Positions 14,100-28,245 of a DNA stretch of 64,000 bases are shown in pieces. This DNA comes from Eledone cirrhosa (lineage: Eukaryota), in the NCBI GenBank assembly GCA_964016885.1, contig OZ024743.1:69626001-69690000 (forward strand), written 5' to 3'. Numbering within the stretch: position 1 is the first letter of the stretch; each line of letters starts with the position of its first letter. The notes below the pieces were generated by a model that had not been told where the DNA came from, did not search any database, and was given only the letters and a program-made list of their open reading frames with translations. Both the position numbers and the translations under genes were made by a program.

Positions 14100-14290
14100 A
14101 ATTGTTCTACTATTGGCACAAGGCCAGCAATTATCACAGTGCATTACTGGTACTTTATTTTATCGACCCCGCAAGGATGAAAGGCAAAGCTAAGCACGGC
14201 GGGATTTGAACTCAGAACGTAAAGGGGCGTAACTCTATGCTGCATAGCATGGTGTCTGACGTTCTACCGATACTGCCAATCCACTGCCCT
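14100..14290 (-). mobile_element. tRNA-derived SINE copy
   Basis: Reverse complement of the family consensus: GGCACAAGGCCAGCAATT...TTTTATCGACCCC.CAAGGATGAAAGGCAAAG...GGGATTTGAACTCAG. Confidence 0.85.
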
Positions 14291-14659
14291 TTACGTAACT
14301 AATGGACTCGGAAAACGTGTACGTGTGTGTACATGTTTCATTAAGTTCGTATCTGTGTCCGGAATTATATATCCCATAACTTATATGTTCGACATAAAGT
14401 GATCGAAAATATAATTACTAGATATTTGGTTCAATATGATCAACTAAAAGCCCTTTAAGAGGGTACACGATCATGGCGGCTGTCCAACGACTGAAACGAG
14501 TAAAAACCGCCAAAATCTTCTCAGTTGTAATAAATACACTGACGTCTTGTCATTAGAGCAAGTAATACATATATCTCATGTTACCTAGACTCAAGCGCAC
14601 TTACACACACGCATGTACACATACGCACTCGCACATACAACCCACTCAAACACACATAT

Positions 14660-14717
<58 letters not shown>

Positions 14718-14809
14718 ACCTCTTTCTACAAATACATATATATATGTATATATCTATATATATACATATATTTATATACATATATACATGTATATATCTA
14801 TATATATTC

Positions 14810-14985
<176 letters not shown>

Positions 14986-15449
14986 GGAGAGATATATAGA
15001 TATATACATACATACAACGAAATACCTGTGTGATTCACTCACTGGAAATATGCTGGTGACACATTTAGAACTTGTAACATTTCAGTCCGTTGCTGCATCA
15101 GAAATAAATATATAAAAAAAGGAATATAATATTTCTTCTCATTGGTTGTCTTACCATTAAGTGCTGTGCTTATTTTATCACCTGGATATCATATTTATTG
15201 CTCTAACTATTACACACAACCCCAACCATCCAATTAGTCTTGGCTGATAGAGGTAATATATACAAACTGAGAAAACCCTCTTATTATACCAGCGTCTGTT
15301 ATAACTAAGTGCGTTAGTTGCCCTAGATACACTAGCTAATAAGCTCGCTGACTTGTCCTAGATATGCTACATAAAGACAAAGATTTAAGAGCTTGCCCAA
15401 CTCCACCTTGCGACCACACAACATTATATTAGGAATGGCGCTATAGTAA

Positions 15450-16625
15450 TTGTTTCCACATTTGGCACAAGGCCAGTAATTTGGAGGAAGGCGGGAAATT
15501 GATTAAATCGACTCCAGTGCTTTATTGCTACATTATTTTATAGGCTATGAATGGGTGAAAGGTTAAGTTGATCTCGGCGGGATTTGAACTTAGAATGTAA
15601 ATATCGTTATAAATATGGTACCGTCTGATTATTATAAATATAAATATCGTACTGTCATTTTGTCCGATGATCTACTAATTCTACCAATCCACCACCATTG
15701 TAAACATTGATTTCTATTTGAAACAGAAGGCCAGATGTGTTTGAACACTGGCAAAGTTTTGTAAATCAACTCAGCATTTGATGAGTACGATATTGACCAT
15801 GGAAGAAAATATTCCAAAGTTGGCCTCGGTGTAATTTCAACTCAGAATGTAGAGAGCCAGAGAAATATCTTAATAATATTTTTTTCCGACACTCTACTAA
15901 TTCTGCTGATTCAAAGCCCTTATATGGCGTTAAAACGTTATAACGCATATAGAAGGTCTTGTGATTTGCTAGAGATAGCAGCCATATTTTAACGTCAATT
16001 CATACTTATATAAACCAAAAATGATACGTTAAATAAGTGTTTCTACATTTGGCACAAGGCCAGCAATTTACCAGTGCATTACTGATACTTTATTTTATCG
16101 ACCCCGTAAGGATGAAAGGCAAAGTTAACCTCGACGGGATTTGAACTCAGACTGTAAAGGGACGTAACTATGCTGGAAAGCATGGCGTCCGAGCCTCTAC
16201 CGATACTGCCAATTCACCACCCCGAATCGACCGCCATAATAATGACTCTCCCTGTTAACTGCTGTCCAATAATAATAACATACCGGTAATATTATTTAAT
16301 TTATGTTTTCCCTTCTTGAAATTGTATTCAAAAGAAACTCATAAAGTTGGCTTTAAAACCATTGATAATTACATAAATATGAAAAAGAAATATCAAAACG
16401 AACTTCAGGAATGGGATCTTTGAGACTCTTATAAGAAAAAGAATATCTAGACATTTACAATATATTTCAGAAATAGGCCAGCAATTTACCAGTACATTAC
16501 TGGTACTTTATTTTATCGACCCCGTAAGGATGAAAGGTAAAGTTAACCTCGGCGGGATTTGAACTCAGATCGTAAACTATGCTGGAAAGCTTGTCCGAAA
16601 CTCTACCGATACTGCCAATTCCCAC
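15450..16625 (-). mobile_element. Cluster of about four tRNA-derived SINE copies (15450-15690, 15715-15910, 16035-16222, 16475-16625)
   Basis: Repeated GGCACAAGGCCAG / TTTTATCGACCCCGTAAGGATGAAAGG / GGGATTTGAACTCAG / CGATACTGCCAATT blocks. Confidence 0.8.
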
Positions 16626-16769
16626 CAAATAATGATATCCCAAAAGTTCTATGTATCAGAAAAATGATGAGATTGCCCCGTCTTGAAGCCCTTGTCTGAT
16701 AGTGGCCCTGAATTACGGATAAGCCTGGGTTTATAACACCAACTGTCTACATGTGTTTCAAGAGAGACC

Positions 16770-16860
16770 TTCTTGTATAGTTGATTGATTTGAAAGAAAT
16801 AGCAGCTAAATCACAATCTACCGTCTACAAATGGAAAGGATACATTGTAAATAAGATCAT
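16770..16860 (+). repeat. Second dispersed repeat family (GCTAGAAATAGCAGCCAAA core); related copies at ~15965, ~19625 (minus) and ~33365
   Basis: Shared AGAAATAGCAGC.AAA...CTAC.GTCT motif in four places. Confidence 0.5.
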
Positions 16861-17223
16861 AAATATCTCGCAATGTAGCCTATAATATGCTAAGAAGCCG
16901 AGTCGTCAAAACGTTAGATAGATGTTTTACAGTATTTTTTCTGGACCTCAGCACTTTGAGTTTAATTCGAGTTTAATTCGAGTTTAATTCGAGCATTTAA
17001 TCCATTCTAGGTTGACAAAAACAAAATAGCATTTAAGTACTAAGGTCCCTTCTTGCTCTCTATATCTGTCTCATTCCTTCTCTAAACATAAATGCTCTCT
17101 TTCTCTCATTCTGTAGAAGAGATTGGCTGTGCTCAGGCATGGATAGGGATGGGCTCTTCCAGGTTTAAATAAGCCCATACATATATAGGCATGCACATAT
17201 ACACTCATGCATATATACATACA

Positions 17224-17286
<63 letters not shown>

Positions 17287-18261
17287 ATACATGCATACAT
17301 ATATATATACATACGTAGATCCTCCCAACTGTAATATCTTATGTATGTGTGGGTCCGTAATGGAGTGTCCTAGGGATTTAAAATCTGGCAGATCTCAGCC
17401 CCTTACCAGGTCAGAAAACTAGCGATTTTTTCAAGAAAAGGAGGCCGAGTGATAGGAAGCGACAAAGAAATATAATGGAAGAATCGATCGCAATATAAAT
17501 CATTTTCATCGACCTCGAAACAGTGAAAAGAAGACCTAGGTTGAACTCAGAGAATGAAGAGAGCCGGAAAATACCAGAAAACATTCTAAGCGACATTCTA
17601 AAGACTTTGCCAATACGCCGCCTAATGACACTGTTCACCCCCTGTGCGGATCTGGACATAAACTGCAACAAAGACACCGATGACAACGACAACAACTGCA
17701 GCATCAATAACAACATCAATAACGAAAACAGCAACAATATTATCATTAACTCTGCTGTTTTGTTCCTCTATGAAACAACACCACACATTTAAAAGGGATC
17801 TTACTTAAAAACGTTTAACATAATTTCATATGAGTACATCTCGTTACAATCATTTAAAAATATTTTCAAATTTTTTCAATTAACACTTTAAAATATAAAG
17901 CATTTCATTAGAAATATAGTAATGAAATGGTTAATATGACCACTAACAGTTTTATGCTGTAATATATGTGTTGGAAAGTACCACTGGTTAGGACCTGCTG
18001 AAATCTAAGTATTTACTGTTTATATTTCATATATCTCTTCAAGATGTTGCTCCACTATGGTGATGTTACCCACACAAAAAAATCTTATATTTCATAGAGT
18101 CGTTGGTGTTTCAGCCATTTTAACCAGTACAATATAGACGTCACGTTAGGGTTTTATGTTCTAGAATATTCCAGTAGTGAAAACACATGTTGTAGTCTGT
18201 GAGATAATAACCTTATCTGGTTTATATCACTAAACCAGTACTATAGATAACAACAGATATA

Positions 18262-18325
<64 letters not shown>

Positions 18326-18367
18326 TATATATATTTATATATATATATATATATATAAATATATATA

Positions 18368-18425
<58 letters not shown>

Positions 18426-18542
18426 TATAATAAAAGTATGTGTTCCTACATGTAATTAATACACATAAGGACACAAGTCTAGTCCGACCGTATGCCAGTG
18501 TGGTTCAATGGCAAGTTAATAAATTAACAAGCCAGAACATAA

Positions 18543-18842
18543 AAAATCAAGGGAGTGTAAATACAGAAAAAATCCTAAAAAATAACAAATAAATTCTAAA
18601 AAATTCACTCTACTTACTATATGTGCCCTTACCGCGGTTTCAAATCCCAAACGAATTGATAATCCAAGCGGATTTCTATTGAGAATGAGATCTGACGACG
18701 ATCTCTTTCTCAGTGGAAACCCGCTTGGGTTATCCATTCGTTTGGGATCTGAAACCGCGGTAAGGGCACATATAGTAAGTACAGTGAATTTTTTAGAATT
18801 TATTTTTTAGGATTTTTTCTGTATGTACACTCCCTTGATTTT
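18543..18842. repeat. Fold-back inverted repeat (~145-bp arms) carrying an HHR core (family C)
   Basis: Arms mirror around ~18695. The right arm reads CTGACGA(18692-18698)-GATCTC...GGGATC-T-GAAA(18751-18754)-CCGCGG-TA-AGGGC, then runs into (TA)n. Confidence 0.85.
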
Positions 18843-19132
18843 ATATATATATATATTAATAAGGTAATGAATTCTTTTACAATGGAATTAGCTCGAAGGA
18901 GGAAAATACCCACTGAGCCGTGTATAAACTAATATGTATGTGATGAAACACAGATACCAACACATCTGTATATATATTGCAAAAGAAAATTTAGCCAGAT
19001 TGAAGTATACTAATTATTATACTACAGTTTGTCCATATCGATTTAAAATAATAAATCAACAAAGACGAACTGCATTGCCAAAAGGCTATGATGTTTAGAC
19101 ACATTTAAATTTCAAAATCAAACCTGTTCCGT

Positions 19133-19214
<82 letters not shown>

Positions 19215-20119
19215 TTATATTATATACATCTATATCTATATCTGAGTGTGTGTGTGTATAATGAGGTGATGGGGATCGTGTGAATGCTTGTGATGTGAGT
19301 GTATATATCTGTGTGTATGTGTTTATATATGTGTATGCGTTTCAATATGTGTATATACGTGTGACCATGTGTTTTGTTGTGGGTTGAGGACAAGTCAATG
19401 TGAGGAGGTGATGGCGTTGGTCTATGCTAGTGTTATTGTTGTTCTTATTGTATCAGTCGTTGTTGTCATTGTTGTTGTTTAGCACCAGATCAGTCTTTAT
19501 ATAACAGACCTATGATAAAAGACATTCCTGCCGTGACCTTGCATTCTTTTCCTATATGCAGTGGCCCCAGATGCAAATTTTACAAAGTGTTCTTAATTTT
19601 AGCATATAAATTATATGTTGTGATTTGTCTGCTATTTCTAGCAGTCTTCCTATTATCATGTTGTTGTTGTTCGCCATGACCAAGCCTAAAAAGAAAGAAC
19701 TTCAGTCATGAATTTCGAATTTCTTTTAATGTCGATATGTGTATCAAATGTGTCCTTCCCATTTTAAAGAGTCTATTCTGTAACTTGTCGAAGAATTTAC
19801 TACTATTTCTACAATGTCGAGCAATTATATAGAAAAAAGCCATTAGCAATGGTTCTACCAGCAGTAATATCGCTTGTGATGTTGAATATAGTGTGACAAA
19901 GAGTGGATAGTGAGAGACGGAGAGAGGAAGAATCAACCCCAGTACTAGGATGGGCAATACATTCTCCATCATGTCGACCGGGACCCAGAGGCGGAGGGTA
20001 AGTTAGTTGGTAATGGTGGAGGATACTAGTTCGGACGCCATGTTTACAACTAAAGTATATTTACATTTATACAACTGTGAACCTTAACACTAAAACCAAT
20101 ATCAATATTCTGTCAAACG

Positions 20120-20150
<31 letters not shown>

Positions 20151-20198
20151 GATAGATAGTTAGATAGTTAGATAGTTAGATAGTTAGATGGATAGATG

Positions 20199-20290
20199 GA
20201 TAGATATATTTCTTTATATGCCACAGGGGCGTACAAAAATGGGACATTACAAGACGTGACGGTGGGGGTATTACATAAAATATTTAACAA
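20199..20290 (-). mobile_element. Short 3' terminus of the L1/Tx1-type LINE family, attached to (GATA)n
   Basis: GATAGATATATTTCTTTATATGCCACAGGGGCGTACAAAAATGGGACA matches the termini at 54721 and 60571, and is preceded by a (GATA)n tract from 20119. Confidence 0.7.
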
Positions 20291-20747
20291 TAGACTGAAT
20301 ACGCGCGTGTGGTGTTTTTGTTTTTCACCCCAATGTTTTTTTTTTCTCATTTTCACCGTTCCTCTTATAACTCTTTACTCTCTATTTATCTTCTATTTCT
20401 CTATCTTTTGATGTATGACTATATTCCTGTTATTTCAAGCGTTAAACTAATATATTTCTCCCATGTACTGTGTCATTTGTTTCATTATTTTTGTTATTTC
20501 TGTTATCTTTTTACATACATAGATAAATATATGGGATAACAAGTTATTGTTTTAGGTAATCCAGTCAGAGGTTGTGAGTACACTGGACTATGGATAGTTT
20601 TAATGTACGGCGTTGTTTGATTCAACAAGAAGTTTCCTTAGTTAGGTAGCGATTTTGCGAGAATTCCCATGCAGGTTATTCTTGGAGTAATAGTAGTGAA
20701 AGTGTGAAGAATAACATGGTTGGCTGTACAAAAAGGGTTTTATTTAA

Positions 20748-20861
20748 AGTACTAACAATTGTTTCATTGATCAGGTGAGTCTAAGGGCCGGTTAATCAGT
20801 TGAACTTGCGTCACTCGACCTTAAATACAGTGTGTGTGCCTGATCAAATCATCGGAAAACT
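20748..20861 (-). ncRNA. Degenerate type I hammerhead ribozyme (family D)
   Basis: Minus strand: AGTTTT-CCGATGA-T-TTGATCAGG...CCTGATCAA-T-GAAA-CAATTG-T-T-AGTACT. It has a 9-bp stem II and a palindromic stem III, with U4>C and a GUU triplet. Confidence 0.5.
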
Positions 20862-21489
20862 GATGTACATATATATTTATATGTATAATCCTGACCAGTA
20901 TGTTCAGGAAGACTTTCAAGGGTGTAAAAATATGTTACTAGCTCAAATGGAAGTTGACTTAAATGAGATATGAACTCAAATCTCAGAGAGATTGTACTAA
21001 TGCGACTCTGTCATTTCTCCGCCTGATAAAACTGTAGCAGTAATACATTATATGGTCTGACTGAGGCGGCGTGAATTCTCTTTTTACCCCATCTTTACTC
21101 ATCTTCATTTTACTGTGTCCACATACCACATTGGTCGCATCAATTAATATTAGCATTGTCATTTTCCTTAACAGAGCTATCAATATTACCATCATCATCA
21201 TCATCTTCATCTTCATCATGATCATTGTCATTATCATTATCATCATCCTCATCACATCATCCTAACCATTATCATCACCATCACCTCATGTATTGTCAGT
21301 GGAACAAAGTGTTTCTGCTAAAGTAGTTGTCGTTAATCTCCGATAAACATTAAATTGTCCAAACAAGGAAACTTAAATCACACACACACACACACAACCA
21401 CACTCACACTCACACACACATATGTATATATAAATAATATATACATACACACACACATACACGCACATATATATATAGATATATAGATA

Positions 21490-22784
<1,295 letters not shown>

Positions 22785-23021
22785 GTTATATACAAGATTA
22801 TATAGAAAATAATTTGTTACTGAGACGTTTGTATTTTTACAATTATTTCTGCAACAATAACCTCATCTTGTCTGCTTCTCTTTTTTGACACCAACTTACA
22901 ACTGTTCAATTCTCTGATCGTTTTCAGAAGCACTCCTTCTGTATTTCTCTCTAAACCCTACAACTATTTTGGTCCCTGGTGGAAGGTAGCAGTGTATATT
23001 TAAACTGAGCCTCCTAGTTAA

Positions 23022-23560
23022 GGATAATAATTGTTTATACATTTGGCACAAGGCCAGAAACTATCCCAGTGGTTTTCTGGTACTCTATTTTATCGACCAC
23101 CGTAAGGATGAAGGGCAAAGTTAACCTCGGCAGGATTTTAACTCAGATCATGAAGGGCCGTAACTCTTTGCTACAAAGCATGACCTCCGACCCTCTACCG
23201 ATACTGCCAATCTACCGCCCTAAGGATAATAATTGTTTCTACTTTTGGCACAAGGCCAGCAATTACCAGTGCATTACTAGTACTTTATTTTATCGACCCC
23301 GTAAGGATGAAAGGCAAAGTTAACCTCGGCGGGATTTGCCCTAAGGATAATAATGGTTTCTGATTTAGGCAGTATTTTTGAAGTTGGGGAAAGTCGATGA
23401 AATCGACCCCAGTGTGTTACTGATACTTTATTTTATAGACCTTGTAAGGATGAGTGACGAATTTAACCACGGCTAGATTTGAAATCAGAACATATAGGGC
23501 CGTAACTTTATGCTGCAAAGCGTACTGTCCAACGCTCTACTGATAATGTTAATCCACCCC
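23022..23560 (-). mobile_element. Three tandem tRNA-derived SINE copies
   Basis: TAAGGATAATAAT tail followed by the family body at ~23020, ~23221 and ~23342. Confidence 0.85.
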
Positions 23561-24664
23561 CCTTATGATAATGTATGTATGTATGTGTATATGTGTGTGT
23601 ATGTATGTAGGTATGTATGTGTGTGTGTTTATATAAGTATGTTTGTATGTATGTGTGTAGTTATGTATGTATGTATGTGTGTACGTATGTCAGGTCGCTC
23701 TCGTGTGCTACTGGTAACTTGCAACCCAGTACAACCTGTCTCATGGTCGGGTCGTCGGTGACTAAACCGGTAACCCACCAAGCTAGCTTGGTGAGGAGGT
23801 TGATATCTAGACATCCAAATAGTACTTTTTTTCACTAGAGTGAAAGGACCCCATTTGTTGTCACAACACCTTTCTAGGAGAGGGAAACATTGTAAAAATA
23901 ACCTGCGGTTTTGGAAGCATTCGATGATGTTGGCCAGTTCTCCTTTCTGGGTAGTGCTTTCGATGTTCAGAGAGTGAGATTGAAAAAAACCTTCAAAGAC
24001 AGGCATTGCTTGTTCAGGATATGTTACAGGTTTGTGTAGCTGGCCGTAGTCTAAAAGTGTACCAAACTCTACCATCTGACAAGCGATTACAATACTCTTA
24101 TCATAATTTGCAGCCATCATGTGTGTATGTATGTATGCAGGTATGTGTGTGTGTATGTATGTATATATGTAAGTATGTACCCGTAACTCCTGATAGAGAC
24201 GTTAGGGTGCTGCAGCGACATACGACATTTCTTGGACATTATTTTAAATTCTGGCGCAGACCATCTCTTCTGATCTGAATACGGCCGCCAATATCTTCTT
24301 GAGTAAGCAAAGTAAGTGATAGAGAGAAATTAAGAAAAAGATATAGAATTAGAATCGACCCCAGTACAAGACTCATATTTTATTATAGACCTCAGAATGA
24401 TGAAAGGGAAAGTTGACCCCGGTAGTATTCGAACTCAGAGCTTAGAGAACTCCAACCAATACTGCAAAACATTATATTTGACTTTCTACTCACTCTGTTT
24501 AATTCAGTGAACACATAATAATCTATACTCAATGAATACTCCAACATTCCATATGATATTTTATTGTATCAACTACGCTGTGTATGTCAGTAAGGACAAA
24601 TGCCCTTTTCTTCTAAAAGTCTCGACTGCTTTTCTATTCGTATTGATATTGTCAATAAAACAGA

Positions 24665-25045
24665 GTAGGTTTTAGAAGCCGCTACAATACAAATATGGCT
24701 ATGAATATTGAAGTAACACAGCCGCATAAGGAAGTAGGGACGCATATAATGTAGTGGATGTGGTGGGAGGAGAGAGTGTAAGAGAGGGAAATAGGAGAAT
24801 TGATAGTAGAAGCAAAGGTTAAACGAGGGAATCTGGATTTTAGTTTGGAAATATTTATGAGTCCTATATAAATATTCCCAACCTAACATCTAGATTTGCT
24901 CGCTTTTCATCCTATTTTAGTGTTCATTTTCGTCCACCTCTCTCGCTTCCTTCTTCTCTCTATCTGTCTATTATTCCTTATGTTGCTTTATTACCTCAAT
25001 ATTCATAGCCCTATTTGCATTGTAGCGACTTCCACAATCTACACA
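24665..25045. repeat. Diverged inverted repeat (~80-bp recognisable arms)
   Basis: GAAGCCGCTACAATACAAATATGGCTATGAATATTGAAGTAA...CATAAGGAA versus TTCCTTATG...TTACCTCAATATTCATAGCCCTATTTGCATTGTAGCGACTTC. Confidence 0.7.
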
Positions 25046-26793
25046 TTTCCATATTCCACAATGCTTCAGGCAAACCATAATATACCTTTATATATTGCAA
25101 TTATTGTTGTGTAACTTACTCTTAGTCTATGTTGGATAGACTTGACAGCTCATGTCATCTCCATTAATTTGAGTTAAATATGTTTTATCCAGCTTTATAA
25201 ACATATCGATCATAACCAGTTTCATTGCCGTATTTATGTATGGACCCGTGACCACTGATGGAGTCAAAGATTTGTTTTCTTGTCATACATCCTGAGCAAA
25301 GTAAACCTGATGGAGCCCACCTAATCTCCAAGTCTGATCACAGCTGATTTCTTTCAGAGTAGCTGAGTGTGATAATGAGAAATTGAGAAAGAGATAAGGG
25401 AGAATAATCGACGCCAGTACTTGACTGGGATTTGTTATCGACCCAGATATGTCTGTGGGTTGGGACATGTGTGTGGGGTCTGAAAGAACGCAGAAAACCG
25501 GGAACTGTGCCGCAAAGCATTCTGTCCGACTGTCTAAGGACAGAGCTACCACCTCCACCTCCACAACTACACCATATTTATAGATATAATTTATTTCCGT
25601 CAAATGGAATATAGAGCATCACATTCCATCAGTGGGTAGTTTGGTGTGTGGCTGTAGTTCGGGATTCTAGGTCTATTCTAGGTCCTCACTCCTCTCTCCA
25701 CTATGTTTCAATATATATCTGTAGAACAAGAGAGTAAAAGTGTGTGGCTTAGTAGTTTGAGGTGTTCCGGTGAATATCATATGCTCGAAATTTCGTTTCC
25801 TGGTGGTGTGTTTTGTCCTTGGGCAAAGCAATTGTTTTTATGATCTTCAAATCCACTCACTTGAAAAAAATGTGATGAACATGATTAGTTTAATAATAAG
25901 TTTTGTAGGTTATATTAATTATTACATGAAGTTATTTGTGTATTGTGTCTATAATTCTTTTTTACATCGTGCTCATATTTCTTGTATAACTGTTACCTCT
26001 CTTTATGATGGAAATCGGCACAGTTACTCTTTAGTAAGTTTCATACACAAAGCATTAGCCATCCCGTAGCTATCTTAGAGGGCATTCGGCCAGACAGCCA
26101 CACTGTTGTTGTACATAATTCGACACCCCGTTCTTAGAAGTAAAACTCATTAATCAAACGGCCATGTTAGCGCATATCAATATTATATATATATTTCTAG
26201 TGATTGAGTTATCCAGACGAAACATTTCATTAGATTAATTAATTATAATTCAATTGCTCATAATTAACAAGTGCAAAAATTTAAATAATGCTATTAGTAA
26301 TTAAACTCATAATCCATGGAGGTAAGTAGATTAGATAGACATAGCAGCTGTCCCCCCCCCCCCTCCTCTGTTATACGGAGGGAGATTCTGTTATTGTACA
26401 GTACGAAATATCAAATCTTAAGAGAATTTAACATACACCGCTTGACACCACACAAACACACACGTACATACACCTATATACATAAATGCATACACATTGA
26501 AAAGAATACTTAAATACATACATACATACATTCACACCTGCACGCATAGTAATATACATACATACACACACGTACATACACCTATACACATAAATGCATC
26601 CACATTGAAAACTTAAATGCATACATACATTCACACCTGCACACATACTTATATACGCCCTCGCAGAAAGATGCTCACATTATATATATATATATATATA
26701 TTTGACTTCTGGCTACAATACTTTCTATACCTTTCATTTATATATATACATATATCAAGTAAGAAAATTTTCGAAACAGTGAGTGGGTTTGAA

Positions 26794-27038
26794 ATTATTA
26801 GAAATGTAAGTTATCGCCGTATTTTGACTAAAGAAATTAAAGAAATTATTTAGCCTGATAGTGGGGTTAAGAACCCTCGGAGAAATGGAAAAAGATGAGT
26901 ATTGACGTACATGACTCCCATGTACGTCAATACTCATCTTTTTCCATTTCTCCAAGGGTTCCTAACCCCACTATCAGGCTAAATAATTTCTTTAATTTCT
27001 TTAGTCAAAATACGGCGATAACTTACATTTCTAATAAT
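26794..27038. repeat. Near-perfect palindrome (~120-bp arms, 5-nt spacer); a single-arm relative lies at 13160-13265
   Basis: ...GATGAGTATTGACGTACATG-ACTCC-CATGTACGTCAATACTCATC... with only a few mismatches; ends in (TA)n. Confidence 0.92.
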
Positions 27039-27241
27039 ATATATATATATATATATATTTATAATTTAATATACAGATATAAAGATGCGTAGTTAAGATC
27101 ATACACACACATAAACATATATACATACATATAAATATACATATATATATATTCATAAATATCCACACATGTACATGTTCATACATATATGTACATATAC
27201 ATACAGGTACACATGCACGCATGCACGCACGCACGCACGCA

Positions 27242-27296
<55 letters not shown>

Positions 27297-27321
27297 ATAA
27301 ATATATATATATATATAAGTG

Positions 27322-27739
<418 letters not shown>

Positions 27740-27980
27740 CCAGTACATCAACTACGCAGGAAAAGGGCGACAAACAAACTTAGAAGATCGGGTAAAATAC
27801 AGAGAGAAACGGCAAAAAGGGTCAACACCCGCTAAAGAGGAACGAAATCTGTACTTTTCAAATTATGGCATATAGATTTACATATCGATGTATATATATA
27901 TGTAATACATAGTTGATAGATAACACACACACATATATATATATAATATAGGATCAAAAGATGGTTAAAAGAGTTCCATG

Positions 27981-28051
27981 TATTTTATTATGCGCATTTC
28001 AAAAACAAATATCATCATGGGATGATATTTGCGTTCTCATCAGATAAAATA
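27981..28051 (-). ncRNA. Type I hammerhead ribozyme with fully canonical core (family B)
   Basis: Minus strand: stem I TATTTTAT/ATAAAATA; CTGATGA; 16-position stem II GAACGCAAATATCATC-CCAT-GATGATATTTGTTTTT (one mismatch); GAAA; palindromic stem III ATGCGCAT; AUA triplet. Confidence 0.82.
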
Positions 28052-28105
28052 GGGAGACATGATATGAAGCTTAAAAAAACACTTGCGAGCAGTGAAGTGT
28101 TAAAT

Positions 28106-28137
<32 letters not shown>

Positions 28138-28140
<3 letters not shown>

Positions 28141-28233
28141 GAAGGAGTTGTGGTAAGGACCCAGATGCACCAGAACGCACCATAGCCATCGAAACGGTTT
28201 GAGCTCTGCCGTCGGGGTCACACATTTTCCTAT
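28138..28233. mobile_element. Short inverted pLTR fragment of the Naiad-type Penelope family, between TA tracts
   Basis: AACGAAGGAGTTGTGGTAAGG (antisense terminus) is fused to sense TAGCCATCGAAACGGTTTGAGCTCTGCCGTCGGGGTC...TTCCTAT. Confidence 0.75.
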
Positions 28234-28245
28234 ATATATATTTTT

